A DNA stretch of 64,000 nucleotides from Candidatus Dojkabacteria bacterium. Lineage in GTDB: Bacteria; Patescibacteriota; Dojkabacteria; B142; OLB20. The DNA lies in NCBI GenBank assembly GCA_030583785.1, contig CP129475.1:25941-89940 (forward strand). Direction: 5' to 3'. The notes beneath the pieces were generated by a model. It searched no databases. It was not told the DNA's origin and saw only the letters and a program-made list of their open reading frames with translations. Positions 26,974 to 35,983 of this stretch are shown one piece after another (the stretch's first letter is position 1; each line of letters begins with the position of its first letter). The position numbers and the translations under genes were made by a program.

Positions 26974-27294
26974 ATGTCCGTAACAACATCTCCGGTTGGG
27001 TTTGCTTCACCGGCAGAAGATGTAATGGAGCGCAGTCTCGATTTACACGAACTGCTGGTAAAGCACCCTGCTGCCACTTTCTTTGTGCGTGTTAGTGGCA
27101 ATCAATTAGCAGTAAAGGGAATCTTCACAGACGATATTCTTATCGTAGATAGATCCCTAAAACCTACGATTAATTCTTTGATAGTAGCTATTATCGAGGG
27201 TGACTTTGTACTTGGCTATTTTAATTCATTTTCTAAAAAAGATAATCTCGAAGTGTGGGGAGTTGTGGTTTCGCTTATCAGGGAGAATCTATAA
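26974..27294 (+). CDS. umuD: UmuD'-like protein (S24-fold, catalytically inactive, N-terminally truncated)
   Basis: GFASPAEDVMERSLDLHELLVKHPAATFFVRVSGNQLAVKGIFTDDILIVDRS aligns residue-for-residue with E. coli UmuD 25-85 ([53 protein letters not shown]). GDSM is GNQL here, and the KK of UmuD 97-98 is absent. Confidence 0.65.
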   Translation: MSVTTSPVGFASPAEDVMERSLDLHELLVKHPAATFFVRVSGNQLAVKGIFTDDILIVDRSLKPTINSLIVAIIEGDFVLGYFNSFSKKDNLEVWGVVVSLIRENL

Positions 27295-27296
27295 AA

Positions 27297-28574
27297 ATGA
27301 TTGCCGTAGTTGATTGCAACAATTTTTTTGTCTCCTGTGAGTTAGTTTTTCACCCAGAGCTTAAAGGGCATCCCGTTATGGTTGCATCAAACAATGACGG
27401 ATGCATTGTTGCCCGTTCGCCCGAAGTTAAGGCCTTGGGGATCCCAATGGGAGCACCTGCATATCAATGGAAGGATTTGATCAGGCAGCATGACATCAAA
27501 ATATTTTCAGGCAATTTTGCTCTTTACGGAGATCTATCCAAGCGAGTAATGCAGATTCTTCTGCAAGCTGCTCCTACAGTAGAGATATATTCGATAGATG
27601 AAGCCTTCTTAGAATTTCCATCTTTGACAAACGAAATGATCATCTCTATTTGTAAAAACCTAAGAAGTCGGTTATTACAGAGTACAGGCATCCCTGTAAG
27701 TATTGGTATCGGAAAAACAAAAACATTGGCCAAGATTGCCGTCGAGATAGCAAAAAAGAATTCTGAATTTCAGGGCGTGTTTTCTGCCGAAAGCGACAAA
27801 TTTGATTCATTTCTTGCTCATATGCCAACCTCTGACATCTGGGGCATCGGTCGCAAATTGAGCGAACGCCTAAAGTGTTTTGGTATCTATACGGCTAAAG
27901 ATCTCAAACAAGCTCAGGACATAATTATCAGAAAATGCACGCATCTCCCCGGAATTCGTACCACATATGAATTACGAGGTATTAAATGCATAGAACTGCA
28001 AACTGCCCATTCTTCGCGTAAAGGCATAACAGCTTCTCGTTCATTTGGTCATCCTGTATCTACTTATACCGAAATGGCTGAAGCGATTGCTCTTTATACA
28101 ACCAGAGCCGCCGAAAGACTGCGTTCTGATAAATCAATTGCATCTTGGATACAAATCTGCATCGTTACCAATTATTTTCGTAAAGATCAAAAACAATATG
28201 TCGGATTTGACTCGGGACTTCTGCTTCAGCCAACAGCAGTTACTTCAGAAATAATTAAAACAGCTCATATATTATTAAAGCGTATCTTTAAAGAAGGATT
28301 CATATATAAAAAGGCTATTGTCAACTTGGGCGGAATCACTCCGGCATCTCAGCAACAAATAAGTATGCTCGCAGACATAAAAACCTCCCAGCGTCTTTCA
28401 AGACTAATGACGGCAGTAGATAAAATCAACAGGAAGGCAGGACGAAACAAAATCCATTATGCGTCTTGCGGTATATTAAAAAAGAAAAGTTGGCATCCAA
28501 AATCAGAAATGCTTTCGCGAAGGTATACAACAAGTTGGCAAGAACTGCCGGTCGTAAAAGCAATCTATAGCTAA
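27297..28574 (+). CDS. umuC: Y-family DNA polymerase (UmuC/DinB, Pol V catalytic subunit-like)
   Basis: MIAVVDCNNFFVSCE... matches the UmuC/DinB N-terminus (ALxDCNxFYxSCE). The likely start is the ATG 2 nt after the umuD stop. The listed ORF starts earlier, at 27255. Confidence 0.75.
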   Translation: MIAVVDCNNFFVSCELVFHPELKGHPVMVASNNDGCIVARSPEVKALGIPMGAPAYQWKDLIRQHDIKIFSGNFALYGDLSKRVMQILLQAAPTVEIYSIDEAFLEFPSLTNEMIISICKNLRSRLLQSTGIPVSIGIGKTKTLAKIAVEIAKKNSEFQGVFSAESDKFDSFLAHMPTSDIWGIGRKLSERLKCFGIYTAKDLKQAQDIIIRKCTHLPGIRTTYELRGIKCIELQTAHSSRKGITASRSFGHPVSTYTEMAEAIALYTTRAAERLRSDKSIASWIQICIVTNYFRKDQKQYVGFDSGLLLQPTAVTSEIIKTAHILLKRIFKEGFIYKKAIVNLGGITPASQQQISMLADIKTSQRLSRLMTAVDKINRKAGRNKIHYASCGILKKKSWHPKSEMLSRRYTTSWQELPVVKAIYS

Positions 28575-30094
28575 TCAGTTTGCAAAGATAAATAAGCTTT
28601 GCCTAAATAATCGATCAAGACAGAAGCGCTAAGTGCCTGAACACCAATTTCTTTAGCAGCAATGTCGGCAGCTCTTCCATGAAGATACACTCCAAGTATA
28701 GCTGCCTCAGCGGTGGGCAAGCCCTGTGCAATTAAACTGGCAATGATTCCGGTTAAAACATCTCCAGTCCCAGCAGTAGCCAAGCCGCTGTTTCCAGATG
28801 AATTGAAATGTATGCTGCCGTCAGGTGTGGCGACAGCAGTGTACTTGCCTTTTAGGACAACAGTAATCCCGTGTGAGATGACAAATCCCTGCAATGTTTC
28901 GAGCATCTCAATACTATCTTCCCAGTCACCTGTGAGTCTTTTGAACTCCCCGTGATGCGGTGTAATGACAGTATTCGGCGGAAGCATATCCAGCATACTT
29001 TCGTTTTCGGAAAGAATGTTGAGTGCATCTGCGTCCAGTACAAGATTTGTTTTGAGATTGCACTGTCCAAGAAATGAATCTAAGGCCTGAACCACATCGT
29101 CATGGGTGCTAATCCCGGGGCCAATTGCAAAGGCATCGAATTTTTTATCAAAAGGTATGTTAGAAAGGTGGTCTTGTTTACGATCGGCTATATACATTGA
29201 TTCAGGAATATATACTTGCAGGGCTGTGACAATACCTTCGGGTATGTTTGCAGTGACGAGTCCGCATCCTGCAACAAGAGCAGATTTTGTTGCCAGCAAA
29301 GCTGCCCCTGAATAACCGCGACTTCCGGCCGCAATCAGTACATGTCCCAGTTTATGCTTATAGGTAAAATCGTCTCGTTTGATCTTTCGTAATAACTTAT
29401 TCGCAATTTCTTCGGTTGTATAATGAAAAGGTGATTCAAGAGATTCTATGTATTTGTAATCTAGACCGATTGAATCAATGTTCCAGTCACCGAGGTAGTC
29501 CGCAGATTCCTTAAGTAGAAAACTAACCCTTGGTCTTTCGAGAACTACAGTTTCATCTGCTTTAATACAGGCATCTTCAACCAGCATCTCGCCCGGCAGT
29601 CCACTTGGAACATCTATGGCCAGAACAAATGCCTCAGATTTGTTAATTTTGTTAACTACTTTTCCAAGTAGGGACTTATTATCTATAGCCCTACTTAAGC
29701 CACTTCCAATTAATGCATCGACAATCAGATCATCCTTTTTCAGGGTTGGGAATGTTTTAATGTCACTGACTTCGTAAATCGGAATAGTTTGCAGTTTTCT
29801 TAGGTCGCTTGTAAGTTGATTTCGAAGCTCGCTAGAGCTGTTTCCTGTCTTTACTAAATAGACCCTGGGATCATATCCCTTTTTGCTTAACAGTAAAGCA
29901 GTTGCTAACCCGTCGGCGCCATTATCTCCGTTTCCGCAAAAAACATATATCCTGCTATCTTTCTTTAGCTTCTTAATTAGTCTTTTGAATGTCGCCTGAG
30001 CTGCGTTGGCTACGAGATGAGCTTTACTTAGAACTCCAGACTCGATTGTTGCCTGCTCGGCATCTTTTAGTTGCTGGCTGCTGATAATTTTCAT
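28571..30094 (-). CDS. nnr: Bifunctional NAD(P)H-hydrate repair enzyme Nnr (YjeF-N epimerase plus C-terminal ADP-dependent dehydratase)
   Basis: YVFCGNGDNGADGLATA (YjeF_N) and HKLGHVLIAAGSRGYSGAALLATKSALVAGCGLVT (carbohydrate-kinase-like domain). The start is taken as MKIISSQQL at 30094. The ORF can extend to 30145. Confidence 0.7.
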   Translation of the reverse strand: MKIISSQQLKDAEQATIESGVLSKAHLVANAAQATFKRLIKKLKKDSRIYVFCGNGDNGADGLATALLLSKKGYDPRVYLVKTGNSSSELRNQLTSDLRKLQTIPIYEVSDIKTFPTLKKDDLIVDALIGSGLSRAIDNKSLLGKVVNKINKSEAFVLAIDVPSGLPGEMLVEDACIKADETVVLERPRVSFLLKESADYLGDWNIDSIGLDYKYIESLESPFHYTTEEIANKLLRKIKRDDFTYKHKLGHVLIAAGSRGYSGAALLATKSALVAGCGLVTANIPEGIVTALQVYIPESMYIADRKQDHLSNIPFDKKFDAFAIGPGISTHDDVVQALDSFLGQCNLKTNLVLDADALNILSENESMLDMLPPNTVITPHHGEFKRLTGDWEDSIEMLETLQGFVISHGITVVLKGKYTAVATPDGSIHFNSSGNSGLATAGTGDVLTGIIASLIAQGLPTAEAAILGVYLHGRAADIAAKEIGVQALSASVLIDYLGKAYLSLQTD

Positions 30095-30147
30095 AGCTAC
30101 ATTGTATGTTAAGCGAAAGCAAAGCACAAAAGTTGTATAATGCATTC

Positions 30148-31413
30148 ATGAATAATCAGAAAACAATAGTTATAGTTGGAGGCGGAGCTGCAGGTATTAT
30201 GGCAGCGCTTAGTGTTCGCAAACATCATCCTCAAGATAAAATAATAATTCTGGATAGGACCTTTGCTTTGGGGCGAAAGATATTAGTTTGTGGAGCTGGT
30301 CGTTGCAATATAACAAACATCAATTTAGAACACGACCCTGCAAAGCATTACTACGGAGCGAGTCCTGATTTTATAAATTCGGTATTTGAACAATTCGCTT
30401 ATGCAGATATTTCAAATTTCTTCCACGAACTTGGCATTAATCTATATGTCGAACAAAAAAAAAGGATAGGCAAATTGTTCCCCACCACAAATCGAGCAGA
30501 TACTGTTACTGAGATTCTTTATGATGAACTTGAACATCAGCGGGTTGAAGTACGAACAAACTGTGAAGTAAAACAAATAACTAAAGTTAATACAATTTTT
30601 AACTTGCTTGCTTACTATGAAGGAAAGCTATTAGAAATCAAAGCCGATTATGTCATTCTTGCCGCCGGGGGTAGAACATATCCTGCTCTAGGAGCTGATG
30701 GAAGTGGATATAATCTGGCAAGATCTCTTGGGCATAATATTATTGAGCCTGTACCTTCAGCTCTACCGTTAGAAGCCAAGAATAACCTTTCACAACATCT
30801 TCAAGGCATTAGAATGGAATTAAATGTATCTGCCGAAATCAATGGAGAAATCAAAAAGAGCAGCACAGACGAGGTTATGTTTACTAATTATGGTTTAAGC
30901 GGACCAGCGGTACTAAATGTTAGTAGAGAGATTTCGATTCATCTTAATCGCAATAAACAAATCGAAGCTTATGTTTATTTAAATGCCTTCCCAATGCTAA
31001 CAGTTAAGCAGGTTAACGATCTATTAACGGCTAGGTGGAATAAGAAACCGAATCAGTCTGTAGTAAAAAGTCTATACGGACTGTTTCCAAACAAAGTTGC
31101 ACTGGCATATGTTAAAGAGTCGGGTATATCAGAGACTGCTTCTTCAAAAGATATTTCTACTGAACAGAAAGAAAAATTAATCAAAATCCTAACAAATTAC
31201 AAAATAAAAGTGCAAGCAACACGAGGCTGGAACGAAGCAGAGTTTACTGCAGGAGGAGTAGATACTTCAGAAGTTATGTCAACCAGTCTGCAATCAAAGC
31301 TTGTTTCGGGTTTGTATTTCTGTGGAGAAATACTCAATGTAGATGGTGATGTCGGTGGCTTTAATCTTTCTTGGGCATGGTCGTCTGGTCATGTCGCCGG
31401 TAAACTGCAATGA
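30148..31413 (+). CDS. HI0933/BaiN-family FAD-dependent oxidoreductase
   Basis: IVIVGGGAAGIMAAL (dinucleotide fold) and ILVCGAGRCNITN (HI0933 signature). The start is chosen at MNNQKT. The ORF can extend to 30106. Confidence 0.65.
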   Translation: MNNQKTIVIVGGGAAGIMAALSVRKHHPQDKIIILDRTFALGRKILVCGAGRCNITNINLEHDPAKHYYGASPDFINSVFEQFAYADISNFFHELGINLYVEQKKRIGKLFPTTNRADTVTEILYDELEHQRVEVRTNCEVKQITKVNTIFNLLAYYEGKLLEIKADYVILAAGGRTYPALGADGSGYNLARSLGHNIIEPVPSALPLEAKNNLSQHLQGIRMELNVSAEINGEIKKSSTDEVMFTNYGLSGPAVLNVSREISIHLNRNKQIEAYVYLNAFPMLTVKQVNDLLTARWNKKPNQSVVKSLYGLFPNKVALAYVKESGISETASSKDISTEQKEKLIKILTNYKIKVQATRGWNEAEFTAGGVDTSEVMSTSLQSKLVSGLYFCGEILNVDGDVGGFNLSWAWSSGHVAGKLQ

Positions 31414-31471
31414 ACTTCTTGACAATGCAAATATCATAAATATATCCTGTTGGCGGTTAGTTCACTTTTTT

Positions 31472-32452
31472 ATGCTAATAGATGATACAGACTTAACAAA
31501 TAGTCCGTTACAGCCAGAAGCTTTAAATAAAGCACAAACTGAGAGGTTGATACGCGAAAGATCTCGTTATGCAACCGAACTTGTAACGACAGGTATTCTC
31601 GACGGTACTTTGCATCTAACAACTCTGTATGGAGTTATGGGCGGGAGAAAGACCGGAACCTTAGCTGATATTGTTTCAGGGCTTCGTTCAAATAGTCGAT
31701 CTGTGCATATTTACCAGCCTAAAGGGATCAATAGAGGTGGTCTTAATGATGATCAAGTCTGGAGAAGAGATGGGGAAGCAATCACAGGCAATGTTGCTGG
31801 TGCAGATAGCCTTTTGCCAATAATTAGTAATATTAAATCAAGGGTTATCGAGCCCGGTGCAGTTATATCACTTGTGGAGGCACAATTTATTGATTCTGAC
31901 CCAGATAATATCGCTGCCTTTTTGGATATTGCTAAACAAATGCAGCATCCTGTTATCGTAGATGCTTTGGGCTCCTGGTTTGATGGTTTACCTGTTGGAG
32001 TGTGCGGTGATTATATCCAACGATCAAATTTAGCCATTCCGTTTCAAGGCTGGGACGATCTTGACCATAGTCGATTCGCTGATTGTACATTGCGTCTTGT
32101 AGGAATTACTCCAAACGGTGATGTTATCGACCCGCACACAGAAGATACTTATTATCGCGGACTAACACAACCAGAACGAATAGACCTAGTGAACAAGGTT
32201 AGAGAAGTTTACCAAGATAGGTTACTACTAAATAATCCCGATGGATATCAAGGTGTGTGTTATGGACTACCTTCTTATACCAGAGATGCAAGGTTTGCCC
32301 CTGGTGCAGGTAGATATCGCAGTGCTTCTATAGATAACTGGCGTCAACTATACGATTTCACTGGGACTCCAATTACAACAAATGTGCAACCAATAAAAGA
32401 AGTCTTCTCCGGAGAGAATATTCTCAATTGGCAGACCGTAGGTTTTGATTGA
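31472..32452 (+). CDS. Thymidine-kinase-like P-loop protein with a C-terminal extension (tentative)
   Basis: TTLYGVMGGRKTGT (degenerate Walker A), ISLVEAQFI (TK has VDEAQFF/ECQFL) and HPVIVDALGSWFDG (TK has VIVAGLD.DF). A ~150-aa C-terminal extension has no known match. The start is uncertain; the ORF track begins at 31343. Confidence 0.3.
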   Translation: MLIDDTDLTNSPLQPEALNKAQTERLIRERSRYATELVTTGILDGTLHLTTLYGVMGGRKTGTLADIVSGLRSNSRSVHIYQPKGINRGGLNDDQVWRRDGEAITGNVAGADSLLPIISNIKSRVIEPGAVISLVEAQFIDSDPDNIAAFLDIAKQMQHPVIVDALGSWFDGLPVGVCGDYIQRSNLAIPFQGWDDLDHSRFADCTLRLVGITPNGDVIDPHTEDTYYRGLTQPERIDLVNKVREVYQDRLLLNNPDGYQGVCYGLPSYTRDARFAPGAGRYRSASIDNWRQLYDFTGTPITTNVQPIKEVFSGENILNWQTVGFD

Positions 32453-32503
32453 CACGCAAAGTTTAGGTAACTATTATCAAGTTAATAGTTATAACAACTT
32501 CCC

Positions 32504-35500
32504 TTGAAAACCATAAAAAAAATATTTGCAGTTATCGGAATCTTGCTAATAGCAGGGGTTTCAGTTTTAGTTATTGCAAACCTTTCACAAGACCTTTCAC
32601 CAGAACAGAGTAGTGCAAATTTTGAATATGGCTTGATTGCAAAACAGAAGTCTGAATCCAGTCAAATTAAATTAACAACTGGTGATAGGGTGGATGTAGA
32701 AGTCCTCATGCTTGCTCCACAATCTGATCAGGGCAATCCAGAATCTGCTGAGGTAGTCATAGAATATAATCCTTCTCAATTGGAATTTGTAGAGATTTCT
32801 GAAGCAAGCGATGTATTAATGATTGGTCCAGAGAGCGATCCGACTAGAGGTCGCATCATCGTTGATTTTGTCAAACAAGGTCAGGGTGGATTTGTTGGGG
32901 ATAGTCTAAACCTAAAACTATTAGCAACGGCTTCTTTCACTCTTCGCTCCTCGGAACTTGATAATGTAAAAATCTCCTTTTCATCTGACTCAAAAGTAGG
33001 GGATAAAATGATTTCGCAATTAAATGCTGACGAAGAATTTAGTGTTGTTGTCTCAGGTAGTCTCCCTGTTTGTGGTAATAGCAATTGTGAATCAGGAGAA
33101 ACACTAATATGCCCACAGGACTGCAAAACAGTACCTACCCCATTAGCCAATAATATAAATACTCCTGAAGTAGATCCTAAATGCTCAGAGCTTGGCATTA
33201 ACTATGCTTCAGTTGTTCCGGTTGGAGACAATTGGCACGAGAAGGCTCAAAGCCTTGGTATGGGTTATACCCTAGAGATTGTAGGCAATTCTGAACAAAA
33301 ACTGGGTGTATTGCAGTCATTTCGTGCAGCAATGGCTAGAGGATTAACGCCAATTCTTCGTATATGTTATGGAAGTTATTGTTCATTTTCAAATGTTAAT
33401 ACATACATCAACTTTGTTAATGATCTAGCAGATGAACTAGCAAATGATGGAACTTTCTATATAATAGCAGGGCCGAATGAACCGTTGTCTGAGAATTGGT
33501 TGGGGAATATTGTTGGTGATCCAATATCTACGGCACAAAAAATAACACCATACATGAATGCTGTAATCGATGGTGTAAGTAAACCTAATGTTAAAATCCT
33601 CTCACCGGTTTTTAATACTACTAACGATAATTTTCCTTTTCTGGTTAGTGAGATGAAAATGCGAGGAGCTAAATTCAATCAACTAGATGGTATTGCTGGC
33701 AATGCATATAATCTTAAAGGCTATTCACTGGGTGAAACCCTTTCAGATTTCGTTACCAGAATGCGTGCCCAAGGCTTTTCTGCAAATGATATATATTTAA
33801 CTGAAGTAGGAGCATTTGAATCAGATAAAAATAATGGATGGACAGGTACAAAAGTCCCTCATCAAGAAGCCTTGCAGAATCTTCGTAACGAAATAGTAAA
33901 GCTTAGAAATGATAATAAAGTGAAAGCATATCTGTTGTTTAACTCTTTTGGGACAAATTCCGATTCCAATTTTGACTATAATGTCTTCTCTGATGATGAG
34001 TTAAATTATCTGGTTGGACCAGAATGTGTTAATGAAGATAATTCTCCATCCTCGACTCCCACAGCCACACCGTCGCCAACTATATCTAGCGTTCCTTTAT
34101 GTCGATATCTTTCAACTCAAGCAAGAGTCCAACGCTCGGTTACTGAACCTTGGGTTGATAATCTAGAGATAAGTTGTGAGGAAAGCTTTTCTGTCGGGTC
34201 GTTTCATGATAATAACGGTCAGTTTGCAAATGATACAATCATTAATGTCATCGATCCTCAAAACAGGACAAGTAATCTTAAGAACGGAGATAGCTTCAGG
34301 ACATCTGTCCCAGGCGACTATCGAGTTGTTGTAACTACAAACGGACAAGAAGGTGTAAATTGCCGAGATGAAGCAAAAGTAAGCTGCTCAAGCACCACAA
34401 CTCCGACACCCTGCCCAATAGAGCCAGTATGTTCAGCAGGTTATGATTTAGTAACGATACCACCATTTGATGGAGTCGGCTGTACAGTTTATGAATGTGT
34501 ACCTAGTTCAACAACTTTGACCTGTCAATCAGACAGATTTGTCGATAGCTTTTCTGCCCAGGGGATTAATAATTTTATCTGGAAAACAAGCGAAAAAGGT
34601 GGCGTAAGAACCGCGAATGGACATCTGTTAATCTCTGTTCCTTCTGGATCTTTTCAAAATAACTATGTAGAGACTAGATCTTTCATGCAAGGGAATTTTC
34701 AAATAACTGCTGATATCGTTGGACTTTCCACAGATTATAAAAATAGTGGAACTGCAGAATTAGGAGTAGGAAGTCCACTTGGACATGCGCACCTAGGCTT
34801 GAATCAAGGACACGATGGAAAACAATATCTCGAAGCGAATATTAGAATTGGTGAAAATTGGCTGGGTTCTAAGACATTAGATTTGGGTAATGTAAAACCA
34901 CCTGTGAAACTAATAATCTCTAGGTTCGGATCAACAGTATCTATGAGTGCAGAATATGGGGGAACTACCAAGCAAGTTGCAATTTTCAATAATGTTTACC
35001 TAGGGAATGTAAATGCTCAGCTTTACTCGTTTACAAAAGATGACAATCCAGCTATTAATGCAGCGTTTGATAATTACACTTATGGATGTTCTTCTGATCC
35101 CGGCTCGGTTACGGGTGTTCCAACTCCGGTTCCACCAACGCCACGACCAACTTGCCCAGTTGATCTAAAGGTCTGTCCTAGTGGATTTACAGTTAGTAGA
35201 GATCCATTTAATAACTGCGAATTCCGAACCTGTCCAATTGTGAGTTCAGTTTGCGGTAACAATATTTGCGAGACTGATGAAGAAATTAACAAATCTTGTT
35301 CTATTGATTGTGCACCAACAGTTACCCCGACTCCGACTCAGGCTCCAAAATGTACCTCGCATGAATATACACAGTGGTCTGAATGTATTAATGGATACAG
35401 AACTCGTAAATTGATATCTTCTTTACCAGAAGGATGTAAGCAGGGAGTTAGTCCAATTTTCGGCGAGGTCTGTGGTTCTGGATCATTAATATGCACCACA

Positions 35501-35983
35501 GATACAAAAGCATGTGATGACGGGACATGGGTTAGCAGGGATCCTTCAAACAATTGTGAATTTATGCAATGTCCAGGTCAAACAGAGTGTGTACAGCCAC
35601 CAGCTTGTGCAAATCCTGGGCCTGGTGAAGCAAGATGTTATCTCTCTCCAGAAACAAATTGGTGTAGCTTGGAATGTGAACCTATTCCTGCTTGTGCATT
35701 GGATTCGGCAGAACAGAGATGTTCTTTAGCTCCAGGTGTCAATTATTGTCAAGCTTTAGACCAAAATAGCGTAGACGAAAAGACAGCTAATGCCTGTAAG
35801 GCGGATTATGATGGCAATGGAACTATAGATATTAATGATTTTGCAGTATTTGCAAAAAATTACAAAAAAGAGAATATCGATTGTTCGCTGGACATTGTTA
35901 ATAATGACTGCAAACTGGATATCTCTGATTTTAGATTATTAGGATACATTTATGGTCAAGAAAATGCTTGTAAGAACAATTAG
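32504..35983 (+). CDS. Large secreted multi-domain protein: N-terminal anchor/signal, GH clan-A (GH5-like) domain, S/T/P linkers, beta-sandwich (ConA/LamG-like) domain, three Cys-rich repeats, C-terminal dockerin
   Basis: N-terminal TM KIFAVIGILLIAGVSVLVIA. IIAGPNEPLSENW (GH5 acid/base NEP) and ~110 aa later IYLTEVGAF (GH5 nucleophile TE.G). Linkers NSPSSTPTATPSPT, SSTTTPTPCP and TPVPPTPRPT. Dockerin duplicated Ca-binding loop DYDGNGTIDINDFAVF ... DIVNNDCKLDISDFRLL. Confidence 0.6.
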   Translation: MKTIKKIFAVIGILLIAGVSVLVIANLSQDLSPEQSSANFEYGLIAKQKSESSQIKLTTGDRVDVEVLMLAPQSDQGNPESAEVVIEYNPSQLEFVEISEASDVLMIGPESDPTRGRIIVDFVKQGQGGFVGDSLNLKLLATASFTLRSSELDNVKISFSSDSKVGDKMISQLNADEEFSVVVSGSLPVCGNSNCESGETLICPQDCKTVPTPLANNINTPEVDPKCSELGINYASVVPVGDNWHEKAQSLGMGYTLEIVGNSEQKLGVLQSFRAAMARGLTPILRICYGSYCSFSNVNTYINFVNDLADELANDGTFYIIAGPNEPLSENWLGNIVGDPISTAQKITPYMNAVIDGVSKPNVKILSPVFNTTNDNFPFLVSEMKMRGAKFNQLDGIAGNAYNLKGYSLGETLSDFVTRMRAQGFSANDIYLTEVGAFESDKNNGWTGTKVPHQEALQNLRNEIVKLRNDNKVKAYLLFNSFGTNSDSNFDYNVFSDDELNYLVGPECVNEDNSPSSTPTATPSPTISSVPLCRYLSTQARVQRSVTEPWVDNLEISCEESFSVGSFHDNNGQFANDTIINVIDPQNRTSNLKNGDSFRTSVPGDYRVVVTTNGQEGVNCRDEAKVSCSSTTTPTPCPIEPVCSAGYDLVTIPPFDGVGCTVYECVPSSTTLTCQSDRFVDSFSAQGINNFIWKTSEKGGVRTANGHLLISVPSGSFQNNYVETRSFMQGNFQITADIVGLSTDYKNSGTAELGVGSPLGHAHLGLNQGHDGKQYLEANIRIGENWLGSKTLDLGNVKPPVKLIISRFGSTVSMSAEYGGTTKQVAIFNNVYLGNVNAQLYSFTKDDNPAINAAFDNYTYGCSSDPGSVTGVPTPVPPTPRPTCPVDLKVCPSGFTVSRDPFNNCEFRTCPIVSSVCGNNICETDEEINKSCSIDCAPTVTPTPTQAPKCTSHEYTQWSECINGYRTRKLISSLPEGCKQGVSPIFGEVCGSGSLICTTDTKACDDGTWVSRDPSNNCEFMQCPGQTECVQPPACANPGPGEARCYLSPETNWCSLECEPIPACALDSAEQRCSLAPGVNYCQALDQNSVDEKTANACKADYDGNGTIDINDFAVFAKNYKKENIDCSLDIVNNDCKLDISDFRLLGYIYGQENACKNN

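Noticed and set aside
30095-30147. Ambiguous start codons for the divergent Nnr (minus) and HI0933 oxidoreductase (plus) genes
   Set aside because: The longest ORFs would leave only 0-11 nt, or even an overlap, between divergent starts. Starts at the conserved N-termini (MKIISSQQL... and MNNQKTIVIVGGG...) were chosen, leaving ~53 nt for divergent promoters. The longer alternatives (30145 and 30106) cannot be excluded from sequence alone.
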